Notes under the pieces: generated by a model
What the model saw: only the letters and a program-made list of their open reading frames with translations
The model's database searches: none
Told to the model about the DNA's origin: nothing
Part shown: in pieces, positions 21,454 to 36,397 of the stretch
How positions within the stretch are numbered: the stretch's first letter is position 1
Layout: the number at the start of each line of letters is the position of its first letter
Made by a program: the position numbers and the translations under genes
Assembly: GCA_047495785.1 (NCBI GenBank)
Contig: JBLDXI010000042.1
Span: forward strand, 2,046,001-2,110,000
DNA length: 64,000 nt
From: Lepidodermella squamata
Taxonomy: Eukaryota; Animalia; Gastrotricha
Direction: 5' to 3'

Positions 21454-24400
21454 TAGTTTGACATTTGATCCAAATGTTTGGCATAGGATCAATTATTACA
21501 AGATATTCAACTAGTTTTCGAGCGAATTGGCAAAAAAACTAGTTGGATTCTAAATCCAACAAAATTGAATATTACACTACGACATATATTTCAATAACAG
21601 TATATTCCGACACTTTAACATACTGATTTCCGATTTCCAAATGAGACCCTGTCCGAAAACGGTGGGCCGAAGTGGAATTTTCCGGAATTTCCACCCCAAG
21701 TTGGCGTACTTTGGGCCTCAATTTTCCTTCAATTTTCTGAAAATTCAAGCTGAACACCAAATTGGCCATCAGCAGGCAGGGGTGACTTTTCGAAGCCGAA
21801 TGGCTGGCCCAGGATGGGCTGCCTTGGCATGGTTACACGGTCCACCCTAGATTGGCCCAACTAGCCTGATTTTGAGGTTGACAATGAATATTTTCGAAAA
21901 TCATTCCGCGAAGTGATTTCTTCACGCAAATACGCAGTCGGCGTTGAATCAAACTAATTTACGATCACTCAAGGTCACCGTAATTGATCAAAATGCCATT
22001 TGTGAAACCATGAAGCAATAAAAAGTATCATCTTAAACTATTTAATTTATGAATTGTTATGTTGTTGAATGAACATTCCGAAGATGCATCGTCGGGAAAC
22101 GAGAAAAAATTATATAAAATATTTTACAGTGATATTTTATATATTTACTGAAAATCGTAGTGATGCATTGGTTCTAAGACTGATCCGCAGCGCCAGGTCA
22201 GATAGCGTCAACTCCGCACGGACAACTCCGGAAACTCCGGAAACCCTGAAATCTGAAATTAATTCAAAATTATTTATTTTATTATTTTAGTCATTCCTTT
22301 TTTCGAAAACCCGGCAAATGATCACCTCAAATTTTAAAACTTGGCACGAAACGCTAACTATTTGAATGTTTCGCTATCGATTAATCTCGTAAATAACAGC
22401 TAAGCCGTGTTCTTAAACTTGTTTTGATGGCCGGGGTCTGTGCCGAAAATCACATGGTTTTTTTGGTTTTTTTGGATTTTTTTTAAATTATTTATAATAA
22501 ATTAAATATTCATATTTTGGCGATTAAAATATTGTTAAATAAGTTTGGTTCCACTTCCAGTTAAATTTTGTTGCCTAGCAAGGAAGTTGTTTATGCCACA
22601 AATAATACCGTAATGAAAATTTCGAAAAATAGGAGAGTTGATGGTGGAAAGAACCTTGGTTTCCTCTAGACTGTGACCGGGGGTAAAGTAGATTTTCTAC
22701 ATATTTTTATTGCAATTCATTCATGTTTACCCACAAGTTTCAGTTTTAAGGTGGATTCGTTCCCTTTGGTAGGTCGAAACTCGAAAATTAGAGAATAGAA
22801 AAACCGATATTTTTAAATTAAATTTGCTAATTTTCCGCCAATTTTTGATTTCTTATATATCGGAACTCGCCTACTTCGAAATCCCAATTCTTTAGAAAAA
22901 TACTAAATCCTCACATTAAAAATTTGGAATAACTAAATGCAAACGGCAAAAGTAAAAAATGACGGTAAAATTTAAAAATAAAACAGGTTTCACTTGAGAT
23001 TTTTTTTCTCTGAACTGATGATGACGCTCGGCCTCAAATTCAGGGTATAATACCCAGAGACAAGGTAAATAAAAGCTGAAAAATTCCCAGATTACTGCGA
23101 GAAAAAAATATAACAATAAATTTAATAAATTGCTGGGATTTCGCGAAATCTTTCTTAAATTCTGGGCAAATTGAGCGCCGTATGCCTTGATAACTAATAT
23201 TTGGTGGGCCGATCACAGTGATTTTACGGAAGAGGCTATAGACGAATCAGCGATTGACGGCAATCCTGAAACTTTCAGTTAAGTTTCAGTTTCAGTTAAC
23301 GTAAACATTCATCGAACTAAAAATAATTGAAATGTGCATGCTCAAAACGAGACCATTGTTGCAAAATCAGTTTGCTGTTGCGTAACAGTGTGTCACGCTT
23401 GACCTACTTTCAAAATGCGCGCATTCATTCGTATTTTATTTTCGTTTGAAGTAACCATGTTTTGCTGAAATGTTTCTGTTTTGCTTTAATGGTTATGAAA
23501 AAATTGCGGCTATGGATCTTGATTATCTGTCTCGGAGCCATCAGTTTTCAATTAATGTCTGCGCCAACGGTACATGTTTATTGGTCGCGGCCGATAATTT
23601 CCGGGCCTTTCTGCAATTTTTAATTATAGATTTTACGGCAATGACCGGATATTCTAGCAGACCGAAGCCGCCGCATTTTGCAAGCTGGATGGTCCAGGTG
23701 ACAAGCCAGAAATCTTCTACCAGCTTAAGTTGTTCGTCTGGTAAATGCGAAAATCGGGTCCTTTAACTCTAGTAAATTAGTCGCAAAAAATTGATGATTA
23801 CCTAAATTTGGATTTTTATCCGTTTCACACATGGAAACAATACTAAAATGGCAAATTCTCCTAGATCCTAGAATAATCAGCCCTCGTGAGTGAAGCGAGA
23901 ATTGCCTGACGAGTTTTTTCTATTGTTGCACGGGAAATGGTCTAAAGAGGCATCACAATTTCCCGATTTTGGGCCCGTCGCATACAACGTCAGATTCTAC
24001 GCGTATTACTGCCATAAGAATGAGGGTGTATTCCGACGGTTTAAGCTGATGTTACGATGAAGTAGTCGTGTATTCCGATGAAATAAATCAAAATGAGTCA
24101 TTCCGATGGGACAATTTACTTTTCATGGAATTTCTGTATTTCCGACGTTTTAAGTCAAAATGGTACGAGAAAAGAAAATAAAGGTTCGATGATATTAGCT
24201 GAGTCCGAACGCACGTAGCAGGCTCGCAAGCAAGTGAAAAACTAACGCTTGTTATCCGTAGCATGCTTGCGCAAGTCTCTTCTGCCACAAAATGAGGCGA
24301 AAAATGACCTTTATCGTCATATTCATGGCTATTTGGGTCATTTTACAGCTAGCCCAGTTCAAATAGGGAATTTTTAGAGCTCAAAACTCGCTTAGTTATA

Positions 24401-24798
24401 AAATAAAGTTACGTGTTTTTGAGCAACCAGCTCGACTTCTTAAACTTGCTATAACTTGGATTCGGTCCGGATCCCTTGAGCGAAAGTTCAAGGGAATAAA
24501 CTATTTTTATGGGCCTTCCAACGGTATATATAATATGAGAGAATCGAAATGACTGCGCTGTGAATAATTGAAGTCGGCTCAATATTTATGCCTCATACTG
24601 TATTTAGGTAATTGGCCAATGATTCCTTGATTTATGCTATGCTGTTTTGTTAGATTTCGCAAATTTCAAGTCTGGGCGAATTTTAAAAATGCTACGGCGC
24701 CGAAATGGCTCGCGATAGCCGTAGCAGTGCCGTAGTTTCGGGTAGTAGTAGTAACGGTGCGAGTGCTATCAAATTTGACATGTGGACTATGATGCGGG

Positions 24799-26280
24799 CA
24801 TAGAGAAAAAAAATGACCAGAGTAAGCACTAAGCACTCAAGCTAAAATTGTGATCTCCATTATTATTTATTATAGAAGTGCGTTCTCAAAACGGATTTCT
24901 ACAATACACCGTTTTCTACAAAATTTTGCATGCCTATAGAACGCGAGCTGCTCTTTCACGTGGTATAAGATTTGAGGTGGGCAATTGCTGCTCAGTCTTG
25001 ATAGCATCAAAATAAGTAAAAATATACGATTTTTTCCGCACTTACTGCCGGATAGTGCCGAATTAGTGCCAAATCAGTGCCAAATCAGTGCCAAAAAGGT
25101 GCTGAATCAGTGCCAAATTGGTGCCAAATTGGTACCAAATCAGTGCCGAATCAGTGCCGAATGAAAAACAAGACATTTTTAATTGAAATTGACTCTAATT
25201 GAGGCGATATTTTTATTCGAACATTTAAGAGAACACAGAACCACGAAATGAATGAGAAGAGCCCGAAATGATGAATCATCGGGGCTGTTTGGGGTACTTC
25301 CAAAAACAACCGACGCCTCATTATTTATCATTTTCCTGCGACTAAATATACAAATATTTTGTGAAAAATATTAATTTAAAAAAATGAATATTGTAATATA
25401 TAATTAAAAATTATTTAAAAAAAATATTTTTTTTCGAGGTCAGGCGCGAAAATTAATAGCCACGCCGGCAGAGTTGCCAGTGCAGGCTAAGCGGCTTTTC
25501 AAAACTTTGCCATCGGCTATCAACTTCGTTGAGCAGTAAGTAGATGTCTAAATCGAATGTCTCTAACGCAGAATCACGCGCTGAACAAGAATATGTGGTT
25601 AGTTTTTTGATTGCAAACGACTTGAGAGATCGGCGAGGCTGGAACCGCCAGAACCGCAGTATGCAAAGCATGAGTTGATTGCGCCACTAAACAATATGAC
25701 GACAATATGATGTTTTTGCTGGAAATATATTCAAAATACATGTTTTGACGCATTTTTTGCAAAATAAAATTGTTTTATGTGACTCTCATGAATGTAAAAA
25801 ATAGCTTTTCGGGCGGAACTCCGCGCCGAACGTGCGGAAAGGCCTTGCCGAACGTACGGAAAGGTCTCGCCGTACGTGCGGATTGAGGGTGCCGAATGCC
25901 TCGAAAATTGTGCCGAAAGGGCGGAATTGATGTGCCGAAAAGGCGGAACAGGTTTGCCGAACGTCGTGCGGAATCGTTGCGGAATCGGTGCAGAACAGGT
26001 GTCAGAAGTGCCCAATAAATGTGCCGAAAATCGGTGCAGAATGGTGCTGAATTTGTTGCCGGAAAATCCGAACTATAGTGAAAACGAGGTTTTTGTATCG
26101 TAACAACGGTTCAGTTGCCCACCTCAAATCTTATACCACGTGAAGAGCAGCTCGCGTTCTATAGGCATGCAAAGTTTGGTAGAAAACGCTGATATCCGTT
26201 TTGAGAAAGTCAACTTTAAATAAAAATGAGGATTTAGAAATTTTAGCTTGAGTGCTTTCTCTGGTCATTTTTTCTCTATG
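24799..26280. mobile_element. Non-autonomous P-element/hAT-like element with 8-bp TSD GATGCGGG
   Basis: CATAGAGAAAAAA...TTTTTTCTCTATG with ~180-bp TIRs; exact TSD at 24791-24798 and 26281-26288; internal GTGCC(A/G)AA 11-mer arrays. Confidence 0.88.
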
Positions 26281-26334
26281 GATGCGGGCTACCTAGGCCA
26301 TTAAATAACTGATTCAATTTCAATTTCAATGGCC

Positions 26335-26870
26335 TGGACACTCCATATTATTTTCTAAAAATTAGCTTCTATCATTAGCGAGCGCTCGTGCCAGCAATAT
26401 CAGCACGTGTCCCCTATCATTTTATTATTTACTATTATCAGCGTCCTGATGGCTATAAAAGCCGAAGAGAAATATATAACATATTTTCTGAGTAGAGCTT
26501 TGCTTAATCGATTTGTTTTGTTATTCAGTCTAATAGCTGCTGTAAAACGAATCCAAGTCAGGGTTAGGTACCTACCCTTCAATTTGAATATAATTTAGAG
26601 CCTATGCCTGGATCCATATCCTGGAGCTCTGACTGCTTGATTTAGCAGTAGAAGTGTTAGGAATTACAAGATTTGGAACACAGTCGTTACCAATCTGTTA
26701 TAGCGACAAGCGACAACTAATGCAAAGAGCACATGCGGTCATTTTCAACTACTACATATCTAAATAAAAGAATACTCTGCATGTAGGTAATATGTAAGTT
26801 TCAAATTCTGGGTTTCACCCGGCGCTCCTTCTCCGACCGCAGAGAGGATAAGGATTCCAATAAAAAATAA
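26335..26870 (+). mobile_element. Uninterrupted 3' part of the HINE-like family
   Basis: Inverse match to 5389-8548 without its insertions; sub-TIR and hairpin at 26810-26850. Confidence 0.7.
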
Positions 26871-28667
26871 GGCAGTTGATCGCTAATCGCTCTCTCGTTC
26901 AGATCGCGTGCCGCTTTTTACAGCCCGTATAAACCCTTTCACTGCCGAATTTTTTATCTTCGGAGGAAAACTTATTTGACAGCAGTTTTCAAAGGCCCTT
27001 TTGAAACACTCACTATAAAGTGGTCGTCGAAATCACTCTGCTGCTCACTTACGCATTGAATTTGTGTCACTTTTTCAGCAATTCTCAGGTCTGTATCCTA
27101 AATCTATACAATTTCTATCTGAATTAATCAGTTTTGTGTAACAAGAATTTTATGGACATTTTGGCGTTGGCTCGTGCTGCATCAGAGACCATCAGAGACA
27201 AGTAATGTGGGAAAGGCCACATTTTACAGCATTGAATAGGATTGGAGTTTCCAATTCATGGGCGCCATTGCAGGCTGCGCCAAATACGGCAAACACGGCA
27301 AATACGGAGGGTATCGTAATGTTCGTAAGAATGCAATGCCGAGTGGTAGGTTATAAGTTAAGTTAAGTAGGGTTTGTGTAGAGAAAGATGGCACGGTTTT
27401 GTTAGAAATATTTCCCGAATCTTGTAAGCGCAGGGAAGCTTCGGCGCCAAAATGACAAAAACTCGTCAATCAAATTGTTTAATAATTTGGATAAAAATGG
27501 TATAATGATTCGTCAAAACAATGTTAAATCACTGAAAAATACCAGTGCGAGCGAATCGAGATTATATTGTATTTAATTTATAGCTGAATTATCAGCTGGG
27601 GACAGTATAAGATGGCTTGAAATCAAATTTTCCGCATGCGGCGAGTAACCAGTTATGTAGAACAGGACTTTGGCTATCCAACGATACCAAGAAATCAAAA
27701 ATCGATCCAGTGGTTCGATTTTCCCGAGAGACTGAATGTCACCCCGTTTGAGACAAAAACTACATTTTCAGCGCAGTTTTCCTTGCGTTTCTGGGACTTC
27801 CGCTCGCAATACTTGTCATTCATTTGCCGGCAGCTTTCAGGCGCACTGCGCAGAATTTTCTAGGCTTTCTAGCGTTATAAAAAATTCGAATTTCTATCCA
27901 GCCGATTAATGCTTGACGTAAGACTCATGATGTAAAGACTCTAAATTCATGATTTTGACATGATTATTTTTAGAGATTCATGGGATCGTTACAGATAACC
28001 CAGCCACAAGAACTATGTTTTCACCCCTGAGATTCATTCTACCGATTCTCTACTCTGATTTTCAGCGGAAAAACTGCATCATCTTCCACGAAATTAACTA
28101 GAAAACGTGAATATGAATCATTTTTTGAGCTGTGGTACAAGCCATCGTTGAACTCATCTCATTTTGCCGTTATCTGGTGCCTTCAATTGTTCTCATTGTT
28201 TCAACAATAGACAAATCAAGTCAAATCGTCCCTTCAAAAACTCGTTTTTTTGAAAAACCAGCGAATCAAATAAATTGATTCTCTGGCAATCAGTTAATCA
28301 AGGGCCATGGCAAACGATGGTCTCAGAAAAAAACATCATCATCCACGAAAATCAGAGATTTTTCATAAAAATCACGTTAAATTTGTTAAGGGTCGAAGAA
28401 TAACGTGAAAAAGCTATGCGGTAGTACTGATATGTGTCTGCAGTACATTCATGTTTAGTGTGCCGTGGTACTATGTATAGTGTGTTGGGCGTGTAAACAA
28501 AACAATGCGCGCGCTTTTCCCGGCGCTCGCATTTGCCGCAGGTTTTTATTGTGCGCCATATCTGAAACACCCTGTATGTCGTGCTGGTTTGGCTGTTTAA
28601 ACACCCAGCTGTTGTTGGCTGGCCAACCGCCATCGTAGATAACAACCGGCGCCCTCAGCAAACAAGC

Positions 28668-28827
28668 ACCGTATTTGCTCGTACTTAAGACTAGTCTTAT
28701 GTTCGTGTACATATCGAAAAAATCCGAATATAAGGTTGTATTTATAGTACTGCATGAATATTAGGATACACACGAATAGAGGGAGTCTTCCTTTTATTAG
28801 TGTCAGCCTTATGTACGAGCAAATACG
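28668..28827. mobile_element. ~160-bp pogo/Tc1-type MITE
   Basis: CCGTATTTGCTCGTAC / GTACGAGCAAATACGG|TA. Confidence 0.7.
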
Positions 28828-31800
28828 GTAACCGTTAACTATGGCGTCTCGCAAGGCTCGCCGCTGTCTCCGGTAGATGCCCCTGGCAATTCATGTTTTA
28901 TGGTGACGTTCAGTTACCTCATATATCAAAAATTGAGACCGAGAGACAGAATGACCGTAATGAACAAGCAGATCTTCGAGGTCTCAGGTCTCACATGAAA
29001 GACCAGACCGAAGTCAGCATCAAGGCGACGATCAGACGGCCATTTGTGAAATCTCTTTGAGAGCGTAAGCAGCGATCGGACCTGACTCGTCCCCAACGCC
29101 TTCACGTTTTGCTCGAAGTCGTACATGCATTATTGTTATCCCTTATTAAGCGTAAACAATGATACGACACGACCCGTGTTGTCCTACAACTATTAGCAAT
29201 GCATTTTGTAACAGAACCTTTCTGCCATTTTGTGGAATCTTTTAAAGAGCGAGCGTAAACAATGATCGGATACGACGCGTAGTGTTCTCTTTCGCGTTTT
29301 GCATCCAGGCTCAGGGTCGAACACGCTTTTGTGACATATCTACGAGGCAAATAAATTATTATAGTAATAGTATTAGTAATATAATTCTTGTTCTTTTATT
29401 TCGAAAATATATTCATGGAAAAAATACGATGGTACAAAATTCGAGGAAACAGAAGGGCACGCCGGCCACTAACTCGTATAGTGTATAGTGGATAATGTAA
29501 CGATATTGAAAACAGTTCTGAAAAGAGAGAACGGAGATTAGAAAAACAGGAAGTATGGCAGGAAACAGGCTAAATTAGTTTGTAAGTTGTAAGAGTGCAT
29601 TATTTCGAAAAATCAAGTTTACATATTACACATTCACATACTATATAACGGTATTTTTCACTTTTTTCACCCGCTCCCCCCTGGCCCGTAACGGGGAGTC
29701 CTACCCCCTCCTCTCTAGCCTGTCAAATTTTCGGTGACCCCCTCCACCTTTCCACCTTAAGCCTCAATTTTGGGCAAGGCAGACACGAGATTGGGCGAGG
29801 TTCATTTTGAAGCTCGCAAAAAACCGGGCATTTTGATCTACTGTTCATTCGTTGTTGCAAACCATGGGATTAAAAAACGTTCAAAATTCACGCTCTCTTA
29901 GTGCGAACAAGAGCTAATAATTATGAATCATCGTTGCATTTTTTGCATGGTGATGATTCATAATTTGTGCAAAAAGATCACACCAAGCTTATAATTGTGC
30001 GTATAAAAGTGGCGCGCGCCCATTGTTCTTTCAACTTTCAATTCGTACCTCGAGCGCGCACGGGTGTAGCAAAACCGGAAGCCATTAAGTTTCACGTTGA
30101 CGCACAAAAGTACGCGACTGAACATCAAAAGACGACATGAAACGAAGAGCTCTCACCACTTGCGCTTAGAGCAGGATTTCGTTTCCCCTAAAACTCGATA
30201 ACTGTAAGGGATTCGGAAATGACCGGAATGCGAATCAATTTTTCGGTCAATTCCCTGCTGCGTAAAGTCCAGTGCGTAACACGCGCGTGCAGAATATTCA
30301 GAGTATTTCGCAGCTTAAAATAAAGAAAAGGACGGAGCTCGAATTTGTTCGAATTTGTTTGATAATCAAAATTTAAAAATGTACAACTAATTAGTTCAAG
30401 TTTCAAAGATCGCAAATAGCAGTGATCTGACACGGTTTCCGAGACGCTACAAAGGGCAAAAAATAATGACATGATTCATCTCATTAAATTTGAAACGATG
30501 AACTTTGCCCCTTATTAGTCTGATTTCAGTTTTTCGTGTCCGAAAATCTCTTAGTACGGCGTCCTATTTACGTCACATGATTCCAGGGGCTCTAACGCTG
30601 AAAACTATCCTTGCGAACTTTACGAACTTTACCCAACTTTACCCTAGAATAACTTCAAGCTTTTCAATAGTGGTGGTGGAATAGCGATGGGCTCCTGTAC
30701 GTGTCTCCGTGGACAAGCCCAATTTAGCCGCTGAGTTGTCGATTCATCCAGATTTCATCCCAGAGAAGGCTAAACGCAAACGCGAACCTCAGTGGGTATG
30801 GGGTATGTTAGAACTTTATACCAATGCAGTTGCGAAGATTTCCCTCTGTTGGCCTTTGATATTTGGCTTAGATGACATGATTTTTTTTCCGATCCCTGCT
30901 AATGTTCGATTACAGAAATTAAATTTAAAATGAGTATTTTTGTTGTTGTGTACAATAATAAGCTGCTAACAAAATGTCTTGCAATGATCTCGCCTTTGCT
31001 GTTATTGAAACAAATATTTTCAAAACTTCGAAAAAAATGTGGAACCTCTGTCCGGAATCGCCCTAATACAAAACACAAAACTAACAACAGCTAGCGGTTT
31101 CATTTTACTACTGTTTTATATAATCGTCTCGAATCCGAATAAAACAAAATATTTAAAAAAGTAGAGAAAGCAGGATTCGAAGCTCATAGAAGGGCAAGTA
31201 ACGGTGTTGTCCATGGGCAAGCTGTTTACAGTACATAAAGTTTGGAACAGCCTACGTTCTAGCTCATCCTCAACCTCTAATTTTTTCATTGCGATGGACG
31301 ATGGATCCTGGTTGCTGGTTCCTTCGCTAGGATCTTGTCCCGAAACATATCCCCTGATATTTACAGCAGCCAGAAAACCCAGCTGAGCCAACTTGCCTAC
31401 TTGTGTTAATGCGGCTTGACGTTCATCTACCGGCCAGGACAGGAGTATTTCGAGAAATATTTTACTAATGAGCAAATTTTCCAGAAAAGCGTGAAAGATT
31501 TTTCCGATATGAGATGAAATGAAAATGCGAAAATGGGGAAATCCCGCCCGTTCAATGATCAGCAGCCCAACATTGAAATGAGCGCATTAAAATTAAAAGC
31601 AAATATCCCGTAGAGCTTATTATGTGCATATGATTCCTAGCTGATGCTTTGTGTCAGTCGGAACTACATGGTGTGATTTACACTACAACATACTTTTTGC
31701 GTTTTAAGCCCCACTAGTTATATCTTTCGTATTCACTCGAAACAGTACATGCGTTTTTACTGTTGTGAATCTAACATATTCACATAGACTGATAGCCTTC

Positions 31801-32010
31801 GACACAAAATCGATAACACAGGACGTTGTTTTGGTTAGCCATTATGCCTGTTTCTCCCGTAATAGCATTCAAAACATTTAATAATTCTAAAATCGTACAT
31901 GGAGGTTAACACAAAGTATGTCAGACATTATGCGTAGCAGCTTTTAATTCCCGGCGGAATTGTTACAAGAGCATCAGTCTCGTCTTCTTTGCTTGTTAAC
32001 AAGTTTTCAG

Positions 32011-32964
32011 ATGGCTTACCTTACTCTGGCGATTATCGCAGCCGCCTGTGCCGCAGTCACAGCTTGCCCAGCGTCGACGACGACAACCCCGTGCCCAACG
32101 GGCAGCTCTGCTTGCCCCTCAGGTCAATCATGCGCAGCGACTACCAGTACCTGTGATACCAGCTCCAAGAACTGTATTGCCAAAACTGACAATCAGTGTG
32201 CAACAAGTGGCCAGACATGCCAAGCTGCGGCAGCTCCGGTAATATGCAATAACTCTCATCATTATAATCACGGCGTTTCTTTCCCAGACACTTTACCAAT
32301 TGTGCACGATGGCTACCCTAGGGTTCGCTTCCGGTGCTAATCAGGTATCTCAAAATGTCAAATTTTGCCACAATGTCGCTGGAACCGGAGCCTCCGCATG
32401 TACCGCATATCTTACAGTAACACCTACTGCCGCTTCGGTGGTAAGTATTTTTCGTGCATCCAAAAATATTAGTTAGATATATGAATTGACGTTGGTAGTC
32501 TGCTGCTGACACGCCCAACACTTTCTCTACGTTTGCTCTATGCTGCGCAGCCGCTGGTGCCAATCTCAAATACGAACTCCTACCACAGGCAAGTCCAGCC
32601 GCTCCAATTTTGACTTGCATTGGAGCTTTCGATGCGAATGCCTACAAAATAACATCTGCTACGACAACTGTTACGGGTGCAGGTACAGCCGCCTGCGTTC
32701 GTTTTCCAAACTCTGCTATCGCTGCTCCCAATGTTATAGCATCTGGTGGATTGGTAAGCATGAGTTTTGCTGCCCACATCTTTATTTGTTCTTATAATTA
32801 ATTATATGTAAAAGGGCGGAAGTGTAACGGCATATGCATTCAGTTCATTCGCAGGTTGCTGCTTTGCTCTCGCCCAAGCAACAGGAAAAACTCCTGGTTT
32901 TGCGGCCACACAAACCTTATACGGTCTGTCTAACGTTGAAACATGTACAGGTGGCAATTCATAA
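32011..32964 (+). CDS. Secreted Cys/Thr/Ala-rich protein, 4 exons, unknown family
   Basis: Signal peptide MAYLTLAIIAAACAAVTA; three short GT-AG introns give a continuous frame; paralog at 48534-49484. Confidence 0.8.
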
Positions 32965-33342
32965 AGCAATTGAAATGAGTAACGGTAATTATTTGCTAGC
33001 ACTATTTTGACTTAATTGTGAATTGCTCTATCCGCCTATCGATTATGCAGATCACCATTGAGCTGATGAAATTCAGTTGAATCTGTTTAAACTCGGCTAA
33101 TGAATGATGAATAAACTTATAGAATGATGAAATTATGGCTTTTGTCCATCTCGCGACATTAACTAAGTGTTGATCTAAGTTGATCTAAGTTGATCTGGAG
33201 ATACCTGTCGAGTCTGATCCAATCTAATCTCGATCTTGTCCTCCAACAAGAACTTCATATACAGTGAAACCACGGTTCTACGCTGATTGGCGGGCAACCG
33301 AAAAGTTGGCGTAAAATCCGAATTGGCGTAAAATATAAATCT

Positions 33343-34990
33343 AAATCATCATCATTTGGTTTTATTTATCGTCGTTTTGCGTTGGTGAGGCATACAATAA
33401 AGTTTTAACGACGGCGAGAGCGAGAAGTCAAGTAGGTTCCTTTCCCCGCGACTTAAAGGCCAGAAGTTCGCGAATGAAGGCCCTCCAGTCTCCAGTTAGA
33501 CCGATCACAAGCTGTCTCCTCAATTGTGTCCGAATTTAGACATTTTTCATTGTATACGCTTACAAAATTTTTGTAATTTTCAGGATTTTTTGCTTGCAAT
33601 AAGCTTTGAGTGTTACAATAATCCCATCCTACCCTGTGCCTGCCTAACTTCGTCTGCCAGCCCTTGGGTGGGGTCCATAGAATGTTTGCTTGACTATGTT
33701 ATCGTCATTCACTCAAGAATGTGTCCCAAGAAAAGTTGTCGGTTATGTTCTATTTGAGCTGAGGTTCCATAACTTCACAGATTTTTCTTATGTCTTCATT
33801 TCTGATTTTATCCATAATTGTGACGTTGGCTATAGCCCTGAGCCACCTGATCTGCACAACATCCAGCCTCAGTTGGTGAGCTGCGGTTGCATTCCAACTT
33901 TCAGATGCCTAGGGGAGTGTCGGAGTCATTAAAGGTCGCTTGACCTTCATTTTTGAAGGGATCCTGGCTTGCGCTTTATAATTTATGAATTTGTTTAATG
34001 CCCCGAAACAAGACCCGGCCTTTTGCATCTTCTCTTCTATTTCCGGAGTGCAAGTGCCGTCGGAGCTAATTATGCTTCCTAGATATTTAAAGGTGTTTAT
34101 TCTTTCTAGATTCTCCCCGTTTAATTTTACGGGGAATCGTCAGGATTTTCGGGCGGTTTGTCCGTTTCTTCGTTTTTAACCACCATATACTTGGTTTTTG
34201 GCGACGTTAATTTTCAGACCCAACTATGTACAATTTTCTTCAAAAATTTGTAATAAATTAGCTATCTCTTCTTTGCTAGTTCCTATTAGCGTTCCGTCGT
34301 CAGCGAATGCTAGAATATTTAACCGTTCTTTTCCTAGAGGAAAACCGCCATTTGCTTCTGCCACTTGTTCACATACCGTAAACCACAGTGTAAAGGCCGC
34401 ACCCGAATAATCGCCACAAAAACACCCCATTTTCAACAATTTGGCAATAATAAAGGCCGCGCGCGAATAATCGCCGCACTCAACAGCGATTAGCAGTCAA
34501 CCTCAATGAAACACCTGGGGCGACTCCGAGTAGACGGATTATCCGCACTTCTTAGCGAATGTGTAAACTCATCGCGCTAGCTGCAGAGCTTGATTACAGT
34601 GAAATCCGGCCTCTGGCGCACCTGTTACATCCATTAGTAGTGAATAAACTGCTAGTTCAGCGTGACGGCTGAAAATTCAAGAAAATAAAGGTCGCACTCA
34701 AATAATCGCCGCACCTTAATAATCGCCGCATTTTTCACCCATTTCTGAAAAATCAGGAAAATTAATCGCCGCGGCCTCTATACTGTAGTTTACGGTATAA
34801 GGTTGAAAGTTATAATGAATAAAAGCGGGGATAGTGGGCAACTTTGTCTGAGCCCCCGTCTTACGTAGAAAAAGGGTGATATTTGGTTTTCGATTTTTAC
34901 TGCTACCTTATTGCTGTGGTAGAAACTTTTTACTGCTTCTATCAGATCAGTCGGGATTTCGAATTTTTTCAGTGCGCTGCAGACTTTATC
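33343..34990 (-). pseudogene. Degraded non-LTR retrotransposon (RTE-like) reverse transcriptase
   Basis: GLRQSCPLSPLLF, LAFADD, FKYLGSII motifs with stops and frameshifts; (ATG)n 3' tail near 33345. Confidence 0.85.
34376..34795. mobile_element. TA-flanked pogo/Tc1-type MITE inserted in the RT
   Basis: TA|CCGTAAA...AGGCCGC / GCGGCCT...TTTACGG|TA; splits the RT between the SPLLF and FADD motifs. Confidence 0.85.
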
Positions 34991-36397
34991 TCTCGACAGC
35001 TTGATTATGAATTTTCTTACCTTTACCTCTCCTTTTAGACCTTCGCCAGGAGCAGAATCTTCTTGACTTCACGCTCTCGCTGATTTCCTTATCACGTCCG
35101 TAATCATTCAAGTTAGTTTTTCTCGTTACTTCTTCAGCTATCTCTTCTTCCAGAATCTCGAATCTGTTTTTCAGTAGTAACCCATCGGGGGGTAGCAGCC
35201 CAATTGTTGTTGCTGGGGAAACGGGGGTGGGTAGAAATATTGCGGCATTTGTCGCCTCATTCTCAAAATCTCTTGTCTTGGTAGCCGTCCCATCCCGGGG
35301 CCAAAGCGTGGTGTTCTCAGCTGCTGCTCGCCTCTGTCTCGAGGACTTGGACATTCTTGTTGAACTCTGTTGAACTAGCCATGACAGTTTGAACTCTGAC
35401 CCTTCTCGACTCGCTGTGTTGGTTTGAATACTTCTTTCTCCTTCTCTTCTTTTGCCGCCTCGTAGTTTGAATTTGGTTTGTTCTTTATCTCAAACTTGTC
35501 GATTGGTGACAGATATCTGCCAATTTCAACCTTCTCTTGATAGATGGATGCACCTTGAATTTCGAGACCCCGAATTCCTTCTCCCTCCATCTTGTTTTTC
35601 TTGAAAAATGCATATCATGGACTAGATGAGCCAATTTTTCTACTATTCAGCCACTAAATGCTATGCCAGCATGAGCGTTTGGCCATAATCTCACTGATAT
35701 CTCACTGATGACTATTTATTTTATCAGGTGCCCTTCTTACCAACCTGTTTGAACAAAATTAATCGTTTAGGGTGCATAATTTCATTTTGAATTGGACAAA
35801 TTTAAAACGGAAAATAAAAAAAGGAATGTTTTGTTGGTAGCTGAACCGTTGACCTAAATGATTTTATTTATTTATTTATTTAGAAGCTATTACACCCAAA
35901 GAGGGAAGCTTGACAAAGTATAAGGAAAACAACATATAACTGCAGGACAGGATCACATTTAGGACAGGAAAGGTGTTGTAGAAGAAACAAAATTATAGAA
36001 TTAGGATTAGAAATACACGTCAATGTGTATATAATATAATAATGATAGGTAAAAATCGCAACAGTAGTGTAATAAAACAAAACAGCAGCATTTCAGCAGT
36101 ATAAAAATAAAGTGTATTCAATCAGGTCCATCAGGTTCAGTATCAGGAATTAAAGCATATAAATCACAACAAAGTGTATCAAAATTAAATCAGAACAAAA
36201 ATGATGATCACTGTGATAATTTAGCGGCATTCATTCCGTAGTAGTACTGGTAAACTACCTCGCGACAATTGATTATGACGAACAGCTCCAGTCTAATCGA
36301 TTGCGCCACTGCGCTAAAACGTTGCTTTGCGGAGTCGCTTATAAAAATAGATCGCGTGCTCTTCAAAAACAACCTTTCAATAGCGCCGAATGTGACC

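Noticed and set aside
33259-33340. pogo/Tigger-like left end TA|CAGTGAAACC
   Set aside because: No matching right TIR found.
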